Source of the DNA: Eledone cirrhosa
Lineage: Eukaryota
Direction of reading: 5' to 3'
Assembly (NCBI GenBank): GCA_964016885.1
Contig: OZ024743.1
Span: forward strand, 362,514,001 to 362,578,000
DNA: 64,000 nt
Below the pieces are notes generated by a model. That model searched no databases and was not told the DNA's origin. It saw nothing but the letters and a program-made list of their open reading frames with translations. The position numbers were made by a program, and so were the translations under genes. Each line of letters opens with the position of its first letter. The first letter of the stretch is position 1. Shown here piece after piece: positions 24,901-38,090 of this stretch.

Positions 24901-25350
24901 GGCATACGTCAAGACGGGCGGTCTCAAAAGTGAAACTAATTTTTGACATGTGTGTATATATATGTGTGTGTGTATGTATATATATATATAAATGTGTGTT
25001 TGTATATATATATATGTGTTTGTGTCATCATCATCGTTTAACGTCTATCTTCCACGCAAGCATGGGTTTAGACGTATATATATGTTTGTGTGTATATATG
25101 TGTTTGTGTGTATATATATGTGTGTTTGTGTGTATATATATGTGTCTGTATATATATATATATATGTGTATGTATATATATATTTATGCACACATACACA
25201 TTAGTATGAATTTGTAGATGTATATATATATGCATGTACACAATTGTATGGTTTTTTTTTAAAAATAATGACATTGTGTGTGAAAGTAATCCCTTACGTA
25301 ACTGTAAAAAATTAGTTTCACTTTTGAGACCGCCCGTCTTGACGTATGCC
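24901..25350. mobile_element. MITE-like element with 48-bp TIRs inserted in (TA)n
   Basis: GGCATACGTCAAGACGGGCGGTCTCAAAAGTGAAACTAATTTTT at 24901 and its reverse complement ending at 25350. The interior is microsatellite plus a short RTE 3' tail remnant at about 25026-25073. Confidence 0.78.
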
Positions 25351-25352
25351 TA

Positions 25353-25429
<77 letters not shown>

Positions 25430-25451
25430 TGTAACCCCCATCCCCCCTATT

Positions 25452-25497
<46 letters not shown>

Positions 25498-26340
25498 CAT
25501 GCACATTCATATTTACTTAAATACATATATACATAGATATATACACACATACGTATGTGCGTATGTGTGTATGTATGTGTGTGTGTATATATATATATAT
25601 ACATAATATATATTTATGTATATATATGTGTATACGATTCATCCTTACTCCTTTAGTAAGAAAACCAATAATACATATGTGTGTGTTTGTGTGTGGGGTG
25701 GGGTGTGCATTATTTAGCGATAAGCTTTTTGCTAAAGTATGCATATATATAAAGAGTGAGACGTTAAGTCGATTAGTAAAAATGTCATGTGACACGCTGT
25801 AAATGAGAGACTGTGATGGGGGGGGGGGGAGAGAAGGGAAAAAAATGTTATTCAATAGACCACCCCGACCATTTACTCCGCTAAGACGAACCAACATAGA
25901 AGCCTCTGCGTGGTCAATTTAACCACCTAGAAACAGCAGCCAAATCTTCTTGAAATCACTCACACCCTGAATGTCTTAAAGAAGTTAATATTAAAACTAT
26001 TTTGATGTCTTAGTGCTCTAGATACACGATGCTCGAATAAAAGATGATATTGTCATAGCTGAAACATTTTTTTTTTATCATAAACCTACTTAATCAGGGC
26101 TGGCCAGAGATTATCCACAACACAAACATATCCATTAAGACACACTCCTATTACAATCACTACTGTTAACCACCATTACAAAATCCCGCTCCGCTATTTG
26201 GATAGTACTACTGTTATTAGTATCACCACCATGACCATTAATACAAAATCTTCTTCCACCACCACCACCACCACCACCACCACCATCACAACAACAACAA
26301 CAACAACTATTATTATTACTACTATTACTACTACTATTAT

Positions 26341-26402
<62 letters not shown>

Positions 26403-26473
26403 AAGTACCAGTAATGCACTAGGTTATTACTGGCCTTGTGCCAAACGTAGAAACAATTATTACTACTACTACT

Positions 26474-26652
26474 AAGGCGGTGGATTGGCAGTATCGGTAG
26501 AGGGGCGGACACCATGGTTTGAAGCATAAAGTTACGTCCCTTTGTAGTCTAAGTTCAAATCCCACCGAGGTTAACTTTGCCTTTCATCCTTACGGGGTCG
26601 ATAAAATAAAGTACCAGTAATGTACAGGCCTTGTGCCCAAAGTAGAAACAAT

Positions 26653-26655
<3 letters not shown>
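26474..26655 (+). mobile_element. Meta-domain SINE
   Basis: Full head and core with a (TAC)n tail. A 3' fragment precedes it at 26400-26460. Confidence 0.8.
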
Positions 26656-26696
<41 letters not shown>

Positions 26697-26974
26697 GAAC
26701 CACCAATGCCACCAACACCGAGTTACCAAAGTAGGTTCTTCGTGGTCTTTTGACCTGCAAGATATAGCAGCCAAAACCTTTTCAAATTATACTCCATCTT
26801 AAACAAAAGAAGGGACACGTTAGATATAGAAAAAGATGGAACCGTCACGGTTGGAGCGTCTTTCTTTATAACTTGCTTAAGGCTGACCTGAAGCTAAACA
26901 ATATCAACATCGACAACAACATAATGGAAAATATGTTGACTTAACTACCTTTACCCTCACATCTACCGCCACCA

Positions 26975-27490
26975 TCATCACTAACAGCACTACCATCAAC
27001 ACCACCAACACCACCATCACTACTTAAGCCACCACCACTACCACTACCATCACTAACACCACTACCATCAACACCACCAACACCACCACCAACACTCCTA
27101 CCATCACTACTTAAGCCATCACCACTACCACTACCATCACTAACACCACTACCATCAACACCACCAACACCACCACCAACACTCCTACCATCACTACTTA
27201 AGCCACCACCACTACCACTACCATCACTAACACCACTACCATCAACACCACCAACACCACCACCAACACTCCTACCATCACTACTTAAGCCACCACCACT
27301 ACCACTACCATCACTAACACCACTACCATCAACACCACCAACACCACCACCAACACTCCTACCATCACTACTTAAGCCACCACCACTACCACTACCATCA
27401 CTAACACCACTACCATCAACACCACCAACACCACCACCAACACTCCTACCATCACTACTTAAGCCATCACCACTACCACTACCATCACCA
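26975..27490. repeat. 87-bp tandem minisatellite (about 6 units) in an ACC-rich low-complexity tract extending to about 28220
   Basis: The CTTAAGCC anchor occurs at 27023, 27110, 27197, 27284, 27371 and 27458. Confidence 0.9.
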
Positions 27491-29119
27491 CCACCACCAC
27501 CACCACCACCATCGACGCCACCAACACCACTATCATCACCATCAACACTACCATCATCAACACCACTATCACAACAACAATCATTATCACCACTACTACC
27601 GCCAATACCACTACAACCATCACTACCACTAACAACACCACACCTAGCACTATACACACCACCTAATCCATCATCATTGCCACCACAACTACTTCTACTA
27701 ACACAATGTCTCCCTACTACCACCACGACCTTCACTATCACAACGACCACTACTACTACTAGCATCATACTTACCAACAACAACACCACCACCACCACCA
27801 CTAACACTGTTTCTTTAATACCGCAACCACCACCATCACAATTAGCTCCATTTCTACCAACCACCACCATCACAACTAACCTCGTTGCCAACACCACCAC
27901 CATCGCAGCTAGCCCCACTGTCATCACCACCAGCACCACCATCACAACTAGCCCCGTTGCCACCATTACCACCACCACCCGTCACAGCTAGTAACATTGT
28001 CATCACCACCAGCACCACCAAGAAAACTAACCCCGTTGCCAGCACCACCACCATCCATCAGATCTAGCCCCATTGTTATCACCACCAGCACCACCATCAC
28101 AACTAGACCCTTACCACCACCACCACCATCCGTCACAGCTAGCCCCATTGTCAACACCACCACTACCATTGCATCTAGCACCACCATTACACTACCGCCA
28201 CCATCACATTATCACCACTATCAAACTACTTTCAAACACCCGCCAGACTGTTGAGCACCATTCCTGACAAGTCTTCATCAGTAAAGATAGCAGGAAAGAA
28301 GTCTACAAATGGGACATTTCTCAAACATTTCTTCCTTCCTCTCTCCACTTCTATACCCCACCACCACCAACACCATCACCACCACAACCCCCCCCCCTCT
28401 AATTTTCTGCTTACTGTGCAGTTTCCTTCCTACACTATTTCCTCGAGACTTTTCAGCACGTGGCTCCAGCCGTTTTTCAATATATTTTTTTCTACTTTTT
28501 GAATACTGAGTGACGGAGGGAAGCTTTTACTTAAATATTTCACGCTGCCACTTACAATACTCTTATTCTTACTTTCTTTATCTTTCGTTTTTGTCTGTAA
28601 TTTTTGTTCGTTTGTTTATATTTTGCTTTTATTTTTTGTGTCTTCTAATTTTATTTTGTTCAAATTCTTTGGTAAGCAGAATTTTATTAATTTCTAATTA
28701 GGAAACAGTTTTTTTTTTTTATTAAGTGTAAGGTTGATGGTTTAATAAAATATATATTTTTCAAATCAACCCCCAAATCTGTTGCATACCATAAATTAAT
28801 AAATTTAACAGTAATAACCATAAAACTATTTAAGTATTATTGAAATAGTGTTGTTTTTTTTATAATATTTCCCCATTAAAATTTGTAGCGTAGTGTCATT
28901 GTTAGAAAGAATTATTTATATTCCATTGGGTCCTGTTGCTGTTATTAATATTTTAGTCCTTACTAGATATTATATAAACGCAGGAAACAATTACAACAAG
29001 CAAGGAAATCTGCTTATAAAATCGACTGAGTACTGTATAAAGCAGCATATATAACACGGATGAGTGGCGTTTAAAATCAGTTATTGTTATACATTTTCTT
29101 TGAAAGCTGTACCCTAATT

Positions 29120-29182
29120 AACGATGTAGTGCAACGGTAGTCAGTCTGACTCCAGATCATAAGTTTGTGTTCTCGAATCACA
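29120..29182 (+). pseudogene. tRNA-Trp pseudogene, 3' acceptor strand lost
   Basis: GTAGTGCAACGGTAGTCAGTCTGACTCCAGATCATAAGTTTGTGTTCTCGAATCAC aligns to 1535-1590. Confidence 0.8.
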
Positions 29183-29364
29183 ATTTTTGTTTACGTTTTT
29201 TCTTTCGGTGATCAATGGTTGGGTTGCTATTAGATATTTTCATGTTTACCTACTATGTATTTATTTTATACAACCCAATGGAATTGCACCTATACGTCAA
29301 AGGTCTCTAGCCTTATGGTTCTTTGGTTGGTTACTGTCAGTCCTTCCTAACGATTAACCAGTAT

Positions 29365-29558
29365 CAGACATGCCAACCTCTGAAAACCCAAACAGGAAGT
29401 ACCATGAAAAAAAGTGCCTCAAACGGGGAGAAATGAGGCAAAATAGGGATATTTTACATAATGAAAGCTATACCCATTTTCACAAGAGAAGACATCCCTC
29501 CCCCACCCTAAAGTGGGAAGAAGATCTCCCTGTCGGACGGGGAGATTTGACAGGTCTG
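29365..29558. mobile_element. Possible hAT-like MITE
   Basis: CAGACATGCCAACCTCT at the left and GGAGATTTGACAGGTCTG at the right form imperfect TIRs of about 17 bp. There is no clear 8-bp TSD. Confidence 0.45.
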
Positions 29559-29989
29559 TAGCATAGAAAATATAAATCTAATGTCTTTCTGTTGATGGAA
29601 ACATAAGCAAGCCGTGAACATGTTATATCTGACATAGATCTAAGCTATCCACGGTGATAATGCATAATTATTAATAACAGCCATTGTAAGGGATCCTGAG
29701 ACATAACGTTAGCACTTTCGCCATCTTGTCAGAGATATACTGTTCAACAGACGGTGTGAACTCAACCATAGCTAAGCCGGTTCATGGCCGATCTGCGTCA
29801 AAACGATAACTACATGATAATACAATGCTCTCTGAACTCTGAAATATAAAACACTAAACGTCACTTAATGTAAAATATCACCCCCTCCCAGACATACTTC
29901 TTGCAATTGTACTTCTACTGTGTCACCACCTAGACCCTATAGCAAATATTTTGACCAATTTTTATTTTACTCAACTTCAATCAGCTATA

Positions 29990-30620
29990 ATTCTTTAATA
30001 ATACAGTTTAGAAAAGTGACTAAAAGAAACAAAATGGATAAAGAATTACAAAATAAAAGGCAGGGGAAAATGGGGAGTGGACACACTCTACACTCTTGAC
30101 TGGACAGTATATCTCAGTTGCGCTCTGCGGAAAAGATGATAGGAGTATTGATGAAGAGAACAGCTGGCTATATCGACTGTATCAACCATTCTGCCTCGTG
30201 GAACTCCTTCCTAAAGCGGGATGTTTTACTCCAAAATTGATGGTGGAAGACGGTTCATCCCATGTGTTTCTTGAACATTTTCTAAGATACAAAAAACTGA
30301 GCATTATCGAAACTAAACTACTATATTTATTTCTTCCATTCAACTATTCCTTACATTGTTTCTGTGTTGATAAAGTACTAAAGAGGTGGTCAGAGAGGTG
30401 GTAGAATGGCAGATAGGATTTCTTGCGGTATTTGTTCTGTCTCTTTGGCTTCGGGCGTAACGCAACCGAAGATGCTTGTGACAAGCTGTATCCCTTCTTG
30501 TCTTTCCCTTGGACAACATTGGTTCCATAGAAAGAGACGATTTGCATGTATGGACAACTGTTCGTCTGTCATAATAACCTTGGCTAAACCTGGAGAGGAA
30601 CTTTCCAAGTGCAAATCTAT
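29990..30620 (-). mobile_element. CRE-clade retrotransposon 3' fragment, highly decayed
   Basis: It shares ATCTCAGTTGCGC..TGCGGAAAAGAT and downstream similarity with 2019-2180. Remnant peptides are LSRFSQG, SMEPMLSKGKTRRD, FHEAEWLIQ and IIFSAERN*. Confidence 0.62.
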
Positions 30621-31079
30621 GAACTAACGAGACATACAGAAGTACCAGAATGAAAAAGAAAAACAACAAAAAACTAGGTGTTGACCTTTTTATTATCCCC
30701 TTCCGACAAACCAATAAACATTTGCTTCTTCCCATTACCAAACACGATATTGTTTACATACTAAATAATTTAGATACGCCATACGCAGAATTATTTAACT
30801 TTTAAACAACTGTATTACTTACATTATCAAATATTCACTTATATATATTTACTTATCACCGTAAGTGTGATAAACTACGGTGAAGGATATGCTTCATTGA
30901 TGATGCCTAGTGAAGCAAAAACATGTCCAGTGATGTCTCCCGCAGTTGCCAGAAAAGAAAAAAAAGAGATAAAATTATCTGTTAACTAATATTTGTTTTG
31001 ATTACACCTCCTGTTTTCGTCTATTTAAATTTATCTTCATAGCTATAATAAATATAATTTAAAGGTCGATTCCCATTAA

Positions 31080-31151
31080 GGGCCTGTGCCCTATCGTTAG
31101 TGCGTCTAACTCGAGGTTAGACGGCTGTGTGTTCAAATCCCGTCGAAGTCG
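31080..31151 (+). pseudogene. tRNA-Trp-derived pseudogene (anticodon position reads CGA)
   Basis: 72-nt ungapped alignment to 1529-1600. The D arm and acceptor stem are disrupted. Confidence 0.78.
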
Positions 31152-32114
31152 TAATGAGTATTACAAACTTTTGTTTTACTATGCTCCACGTTTGCGAAAC
31201 GACGGGATAAAGTATTACGTGGAAATAAAAGACTTCAAAAGAATGAAATGATGCATTTTATAAGGTAGTTCTTGATGAAGGAAATTGGATGGTCATGACT
31301 GAGACGCTCCTAAAAATAGGTTTGTTAAACAGCAACTAGATCATTAAAGCTAACAAGGAAGCCCCTGCACGTTCATATTATCAGCTTGAAATAGTAGCCA
31401 CATCTTTCTCAACTCACAACCTTCTTTCACGAAAAAGGAAAAACATATTGGATTAATGCAATCCCAGATATATAATGATTGGAACGTGTTAGTCATGGAC
31501 GTGTTTGAGTGGGGTTTATCTGAGGCTAATCAACAACAAAAATTATAACCGCCATCACAATAGTGACACAACATCATTACCATCGTCACTATAACTACAA
31601 CAAGAGTTTCTTTTCTGTACATTTGACATGCTAGAAACCACACGCAACCACAAATAAAAAAAGAAAAAAGAAAAAAGGGGAGAGATTAGATAATGTAGTC
31701 TTATATATACTGGCCTAAATATATTTTTAAATGTGCAGGGTCGGATTGTTATAGTTGTTTAGCCTCAATTATTCCTTATCGAACAAAGACGATCCAATTG
31801 TGACCCCTTTCGTCTTTTGTTTTTTAGGAACTATATTCTTTAATGTGTTCTTTCATTTTTAAGACAATAGGGTGTGATTTGAGCGATCGGTTTGTTAAGA
31901 AGATCAAATCGATTAGTAAACTTTCTAAGATTACATGACTAATTAAGAAATATATTGTCTTCATCTTTGTTGTGCCGGTTGTGGGTGTGAGGCTTTGTCA
32001 TTTGTTTGTATGGGGCAAAATTATATTTTTACTTAAAAAGGATATTTCACATGAGATTAAATGGTATTGTATAGTCTGATAAAACAATATATGCGCAGGA
32101 TGAAAACAAATATA

Positions 32115-32186
32115 CGACCTGGACCTGATTTGAACGCGTAACCATCTGATCCAGAATCAGTTGCGCTACCGTTGCTCAACAAGTCC
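32115..32186 (-). pseudogene. tRNA-Trp-derived pseudogene (anticodon position reads CTG)
   Basis: Minus strand GGACTTGTTGAGCAACGGTAGCGCAACTGATTCTGGATCAGATGGTTACGCGTTCAAATCAGGTCCAGGTCG, 72 nt and ungapped against 1529-1600. Confidence 0.82.
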
Positions 32187-32369
32187 TACTTATCCAAATG
32201 ACTTAAATAGTACTTATATGAACGCAATTCAAATTATTACATGGACGTACAACACCTGACATTAGCGCTTGTTATATAATAGTGACATACACTTTCAATA
32301 AATAATACGTTAACGTATATGTAATATTTGGAAAAGAGTTTTATATAGGTAGTTTAAGTGCTGTCACCC

Positions 32370-32441
32370 AGCCTTGTGGTGCAATGATAGCGCGCCTGAC
32401 TCCAGATAAGAACGTTGCGTGTTCGAATCTAGTCGGTGGCA
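32370..32441 (+). pseudogene. tRNA-Trp pseudogene (CCA retained)
   Basis: AGCCTTGTGGTGCAATGATAGCGCGCCTGACTCCAGATAAGAACGTTGCGTGTTCGAATCTAGTCGGTGGCA. The stems are mispaired, and T runs follow. Confidence 0.85.
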
Positions 32442-32575
32442 TACGATTTCCTTTTAATATGAAATCCTTTGTTAACTATGCATTCCGTAACATCCTTATT
32501 TATCATGAGACTATGAATCTGCACCTGGAAAGTACCTCTGCAATGTGCAGACTTGAGTAAATTATATATATATAT

Positions 32576-33130
32576 TAAAATTTAGCTTCGGCATAACTGT
32601 ATACACACATGTATGCGAATTTCGTACATCTAAAGATATACGGTATATTTTATAAATAAATGTTTTGAAAGTCAAGCTATGAATTGAAAGGCTGACGGCC
32701 AGCGCCGTCTGGCGAATTCCAGTAGAAGCAGCAGAGGATAACTGTCTGTGCATTTTGAGCTCTGGCCCTCATCAGTGCTTCCCTTTGCTCTCTGCTGGAA
32801 CTTGAAACAGGCGAAAATATATGGATGTTTCGCCTCTGTAGGTGGGCTGATTACCCTTATTTGCATACGAAGCTGTATAAATTGGCTCAACTTAAAAGTA
32901 CAATTAAACTTTAGCTTCGGCATAGCAGTATACATACATGTATGTGAATTTCGTATATCTAAAGATATACGGTACGTTTAATAAATAAACATTTTGAAAG
33001 TCAAGCTATGAATTGAAAGGCTGACGGCCAGCGCCGTCTCGTGCATTCCGGTAGAAGCAGCGAAGAATAACTGTTTATGCAAGCAATGTCCTGATGAGAA
33101 CCAGAGCTCGAAATGTATAGACAGTTATGT
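32576..33130. repeat. Direct repeat of about 177 bp (32576-32752 / 32905-33081) with inverted hammerhead-bearing segments; probable PLE terminal-repeat remnant
   Basis: The direct repeat is visible. 32739-32775 is the reverse complement of 33091-33128. Confidence 0.65.
33087..33123 (+). ncRNA. Minimal type I hammerhead ribozyme motif
   Basis: TGTC-CTGATGA-GAAC-CAGA-GCTC-GAAA-T-GT-A-TA-GACA gives stem I TGTC/GACA, stem II with one mismatch and an AUA triplet. Confidence 0.65.
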
Positions 33131-33285
33131 TTAGACATATATGTATAGCGTAAACAATTTTGTTCTTTCCATACACCATATTGTCATGAAATTAACCATT
33201 AGTTCTGACATAAAATGTTTCGTGGGCATATTTACATCATTTCAGTAATACTGAGACATTATTATCTCAACCCAAAATATTAATA

Positions 33286-33357
33286 GACCCTGGGGCCTAA
33301 TTATAGTACATTTGATTCCAGATCAGATGGCTGCGTGTTGAAATTATGTCGTCGTCA
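33286..33357 (+). pseudogene. tRNA-Trp pseudogene (CCA retained)
   Basis: GACCCTGGGGCCTAATTATAGTACATTTGATTCCAGATCAGATGGCTGCGTGTTGAAATTATGTCGTCGTCA, 72 nt and ungapped. A T5 run follows. Confidence 0.8.
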
Positions 33358-34129
33358 TAAGTTTTATTCTTAATACATCACAGTTATGTTAGAGGAGACT
33401 TAGATTCAATTCATGTAAAGGAAATTTTATTTATTAACATGATTCCTGTATTCATTTTCCTTATAATGATTATTTAGATTATACCGATATGAGAGTGGGA
33501 TATATCATTAATATAATTTAGCTGAATTAGTTTCTAAATTATCTCGGCATCAAATCTATTAGCACGTAAAGGTTGATTTTTTTTTTAATATATGGCTGAC
33601 ATATCCGAGTTATGTATACTTTTAAAAATTCTATTTTACTATGACAACCAAGAAGTCATTGAAATTTATTAAGGATTTTCCATCACTAAGTTTGGTGATG
33701 TCTGTGCCTCACTACTGAGGTAATGATAAGCATGAAACAACTCTGGGGTTGTTCCCTGTATTTGATATTAACAATTAATTAATGTTGAAATTTCATCAAA
33801 GCACAGATATTTTTAATGACTGCTATATTAAATACGTTAGTACTAACTTAACTATTTAGTTATATATGTTAAAGAGTTGCTACACTGACTGACTCAATAT
33901 ATTTTCATTCTTAGTTGGTAGAAGGGATGTGATCAGTTCTTATATAACATTACCGTGATAGAATTACATTAACGATTTGTTCTCTTTACATTCAATCTTA
34001 GTTCAACTCCTGCTGGGATCAATATTACATTTCATCCGTGCTACATCTATAACATCAGTACCGTCGAAATACTGGGGTTTCTATAATCGATTATATTCTG
34101 TTCTAGCAATTGACTCTCTATTATGACCA

Positions 34130-35395
34130 CCTTCTTCCAGCACAGAAATATCCATAAATATACATGGCGTGAGGGGAATCTGGACAGAGATCAATAATTG
34201 ATTTTGTTATTGTCTCCGATGTCTTCGATTCTGAGCTGGATGTTCGTATCAACTAATCACCATCTAGTTATCTGCAACTTGAGATTAACTAAAGCTAAGG
34301 AAGCCCCCAAAACGGGCTTGTCCAGGACAACCTACGTCAGGATCTGATATGTAGATACTATAGCATTCAAATTCAGAGAACTCCGTGAGAAAACTGAAGA
34401 CATTGAAGTGGAGTGAAGATTGTTCAGATCAGCAGTTTCTGCTTCAGCTGTTAAATGATACGGGCGAAAGAGACTTGGTGTGGCGCCTGATGGCAGGAGA
34501 ACTCCTTGGTTTAATCAAGAGGTCAAAGATGCCATCCGAGCAAAGAAGGAGACCTACAAATCTTGGCTTGGAAATAAGTCCTCCTTCTTGCACTTGCGAT
34601 ACAAGCAGGCATGTAGATTCGCTGTAGAGATAGTAAAGGAGTTCAAAGTTAAGACATTGGAGGACTTTGGAGTTAAGCTGGAATCCGACTTCAGATCAGT
34701 AAATAAAGTGTTGTGGTAGACCATCGACCGACTTCGTAATAAGCCCTCCTCCACACCTGCTATCAGGAACACTTCTGGGGTTCTTCTCTCTTCTGAGAAG
34801 GGCATTCTCGTGATTTGGAGAGAATAATTTGCTGATCTCCCAAATCTGGTCACAACAACATCTTATGATGTACAAGAGGTGCATCTGGGATGCGTGATTA
34901 ATCTCTCGGAAACTGAGGTCTCAATAGTAGTTAAAGAGCTCAAATGTGGCAAGGCCGCCGGGGAAGATGAAATTCGGTTCGAAATGTTAAAAGCCTTAAA
35001 TAGAGAAGGTATTCTCTGGCTGACACGTGTGTGCCGGATCACCTGTTTCTCTGGAAAGGCACCTAAGCAATGGCAATCGGGAATGTTAATCCCAATTTTC
35101 AAAAGGAAGACAAGGGGGATTGATCTAATTATAGAGGGATCTCATTGTTAAGCCTCCGCGGTAAAGTCGGTGTCTGGCAAAGAGATGCAGGGAGATTGTC
35201 GAATCCAAACTAACAGAAGAACATTGTAGCTTTCTCCCCGGATGCAGCACAGCTGACCAAATATTCACACTGCGACATGTCTTTAAGAAATCATGAGAGT
35301 ACTTCCAAGAGGTGTATTCTTGCTTTGTAAACCTCGAAAAGGCCTATGACCGCGTTCCACGGAAGGTTTTGTATAAATGTCCAAGAGAGTATAGT
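34130..35395 (+). mobile_element. RTE-clade (Expander/Rex3-like) LINE internal fragment
   Basis: Carries RRTPWFNQEVKDAIRAKKE, LKCGKAAGEDEIRFEMLKAL, NYRGISLLS, STADQIFTLR and CFVNLEKAYDRVPR. Confidence 0.88.
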
Positions 35396-35644
35396 GCACA
35401 TCTTTTTCGTAATTAGAACTCGTAGTTTGTTGTGTCAACAAACTCCCTAATAAAAGAAGCGTTAGTACAGCAATGTGATTCTATCTGTAATTTGCTTCTT
35501 GCATATTTTTAGACGCAAAATGTGCAAATACATATAGAGATTTTTAATTAAATAACTGTTGATACTGTTGTTTTTCTCTTTTGATTATAAAGCAGGTCGT
35601 TGATCAAAGACTGTGACTATATCTTCTTTATTTCAAGTATAGTG

Positions 35645-35990
35645 TGGACGCAGCGTGGCAGAATGGCTAAGGAATACGCTTCGCAACACTTAGGCTCAGA
35701 GTTCGATCCCATTACGTGGCACCTTGAGCAAGTGTCATTTACTCTAGTCACAGGCCAATCAATACCTTGTGAATCAAATTGTGTAGACGGAAATTGTTTG
35801 GTAGCGCGTCGTATGGATTGTATGTCATTCTATCATATACTGTGACCTGCTGAATCTCCCTAAGAAATACATTAAGGGGACACGTATTTGTGGAAAGTTC
35901 AGCCCTTACACGTTAATTTCATGAGCAGTCTGTTCAATTGATTAAACAACTGGAACAATCCTCGTCGAAACCGACGGAGGTTCATTCCAG
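35645..35990 (+). mobile_element. tRNA-derived CORE-type SINE, decayed
   Basis: A-box GTGGCAGAATGG, B-box GAGTTCGATCCC and core GCACCTTGAGCAAGTGTC. Confidence 0.6.
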
Positions 35991-36289
35991 GTATAGTACA
36001 TCTATGTCTATATAAATAAACCTTTCTACCTTTTTTATGACAGAGATTTAATTTGACGAATGTCTATCTGATATTTCCAGAAAGACAAGCTGTTATAACT
36101 AACTTAAAAGGTGCTGGATAATAAATAGAATGTAAAATATAATCATTCTCGCCATGGTCACAAAGTAATTCGAACACATGCCTACATAGAACCGACAGCT
36201 AAGCCAACTTCACATTAATATATTATTTCTTTTTGTCTCGATACCCAATACGTTAGGGAAACCTAGTTTAGCCACACAACTAATTTTAA

Positions 36290-36822
36290 AGTTAAGTGGA
36301 CCAGGCATATGATAGCTGAGTGACATGGTCCACGAACGCTAGCAGCAACGGTAGCAGAACACGAACTAGCAAGCTACCAAAGTGTCATCAAATACAGGGC
36401 CTGGCCGACCGCTTCCTCTTTGCACCGGTCTCCGTTGAGACCTTTAGCTTTCTTGGACTCCGCACTTCTGAGTTCCTCCGTAAAGTCAGAAAGATGGCGT
36501 CCCGCTTGTGTCGGGGTTGCCCCGTGAGTTGAGGTAGCGGTTGCAGCGAGTGTCTCTGGCCATTCTCCGCGGTAACGTTTTGATCTCTTGCCCACGGAGT
36601 GCGGCTGAGGCACCGCTCAGACTGTCCCATCCCACTCCCTTTCTTTTGTTACTTGATCCTTTGATCCCTCTTTCTTTTTCTCCTTTTCCTTCTCTTTTTT
36701 TCTTTTTCCTTTTCTATTCTCTTTAATAGTATATTTTGGTTTTAGTTGATACTGCTGAATAATCTTTATATAATGTCAATGACCTTTCATGACATTGTGA
36801 GGTTTTGTATACTGAATAAAAA
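36290..36822 (+). mobile_element. CRE-clade retrotransposon 3' end (REL C-terminus plus 3'UTR)
   Basis: Carries RFLFAPVSVETFSFLGLRTSEFLRKV and LQRVSLAILRGNV. It ends TTTTGTATACTGAATAAA and is homologous to 22370-22800. Confidence 0.82.
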
Positions 36823-37218
36823 TAATGTTCCATAAAGAGAAAAAAAATCTGTCTCTAAGAGTATCTAAAGAAAACTACATTTTTGGACGGCACCAATATA
36901 TTTCTCAAATGAGGAAATATATTTTGTAGGCGTTGTCTGTTTATTCAAAGTACGTAATAACTAAGTCCCTCTCTCGCCACACATTGCTTTGAGACACAAG
37001 GACATCTTGCAGACGGCTGCTTATTGCTACGTTGGTATGTGCAATTGAGTGTTGGTTGGCTGGTTGGTTGGCTGCTTTTGTTATTTCTTTGTATTTTTTG
37101 GCGATAAAATTGCTTATAATTTTTTTTTTTATTGTTTCGCTTTCTTTGGCCTTATTTTATCAATTGGTGCTTATTCTTTGTTTTATTACACACACACATA
37201 CATACACACACACACACA

Positions 37219-37274
<56 letters not shown>

Positions 37275-37291
37275 GTAAGGGGTAGGCTGCT

Positions 37292-37292
<1 letters not shown>

Positions 37293-37322
<30 letters not shown>

Positions 37323-37582
37323 AAGAAGAAGAAGAAGAAGGAGGAGGAGGAGGAGAAGAAGAAGAAGAAGTAGTAGTAGTAGAAGAAGAAGAAGAAGAAG
37401 AAGAAGAAGAAGAAGAAGAAGAAGAAGAAGAAGAAGAAGAAGGAGGAGAAGAAGAAGAAGAAGAAGAAGAAGAAGAAGAAGAAGAAGAAGAAGAAGGAGG
37501 AGGAGGAGGAGGAGGAGGAGGAGAAGAAGAAGAAGAAGAAGAAGAAGAAGAAGAAGAAGAAGAAGAAGAAGAAGAAGAAGAA
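37293..37582. repeat. (GAA)n/(GGA)n microsatellite
   Basis: A purine trinucleotide tract of about 290 bp. Confidence 0.95.
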
Positions 37583-38090
37583 AACTTTTTTTTTCTAAGT
37601 ATTACCGAAATGCTCTAACACTTCCACGAATTTAACCAAAATATTGAACCCGGCATTGCATGATTTGAAGCTAGGTTGTGAACCATCCGGCCTTGCCAAT
37701 CAATGTATACAGAATATAATCTTCTTTATTATCAACTTACCTGGAAAGGAAGCAACGGAAGAGGCTCTACATGATCACTCGACTCATAGAAATAACAGTC
37801 AAAGCTCCTTCAAATCAAATCATAACAAAGAATTACACATTAAATAATGAAGTCCTAAACACCTGTAAATAGATGGAAGGGTTGTGGTTAGAATTCCTTC
37901 AATCGTGTTTTCTCAATCTTGGTTAAGCTGGAATAAAATAACAACCTCCACTAGAAAAAATATGAGTAAAATATACGTTTATTCTTCAAAGCTCACTAGG
38001 CATACGAGAGGTGGGTAATTCAATTCAATGCTGACGGTGCTGTCCCCCTTTTCTGTCTTCAGAGGCATTTTCCTTAACTATTCAACTGTT

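Noticed and set aside
26941-27978. 345-aa Gly/Ser/Val-rich ORF with 29-aa repeats
   Set aside because: It is the translation of an 87-bp minisatellite and an ACC-rich tract that lacks stops by composition. Several frames are open and there is no splice or domain evidence.
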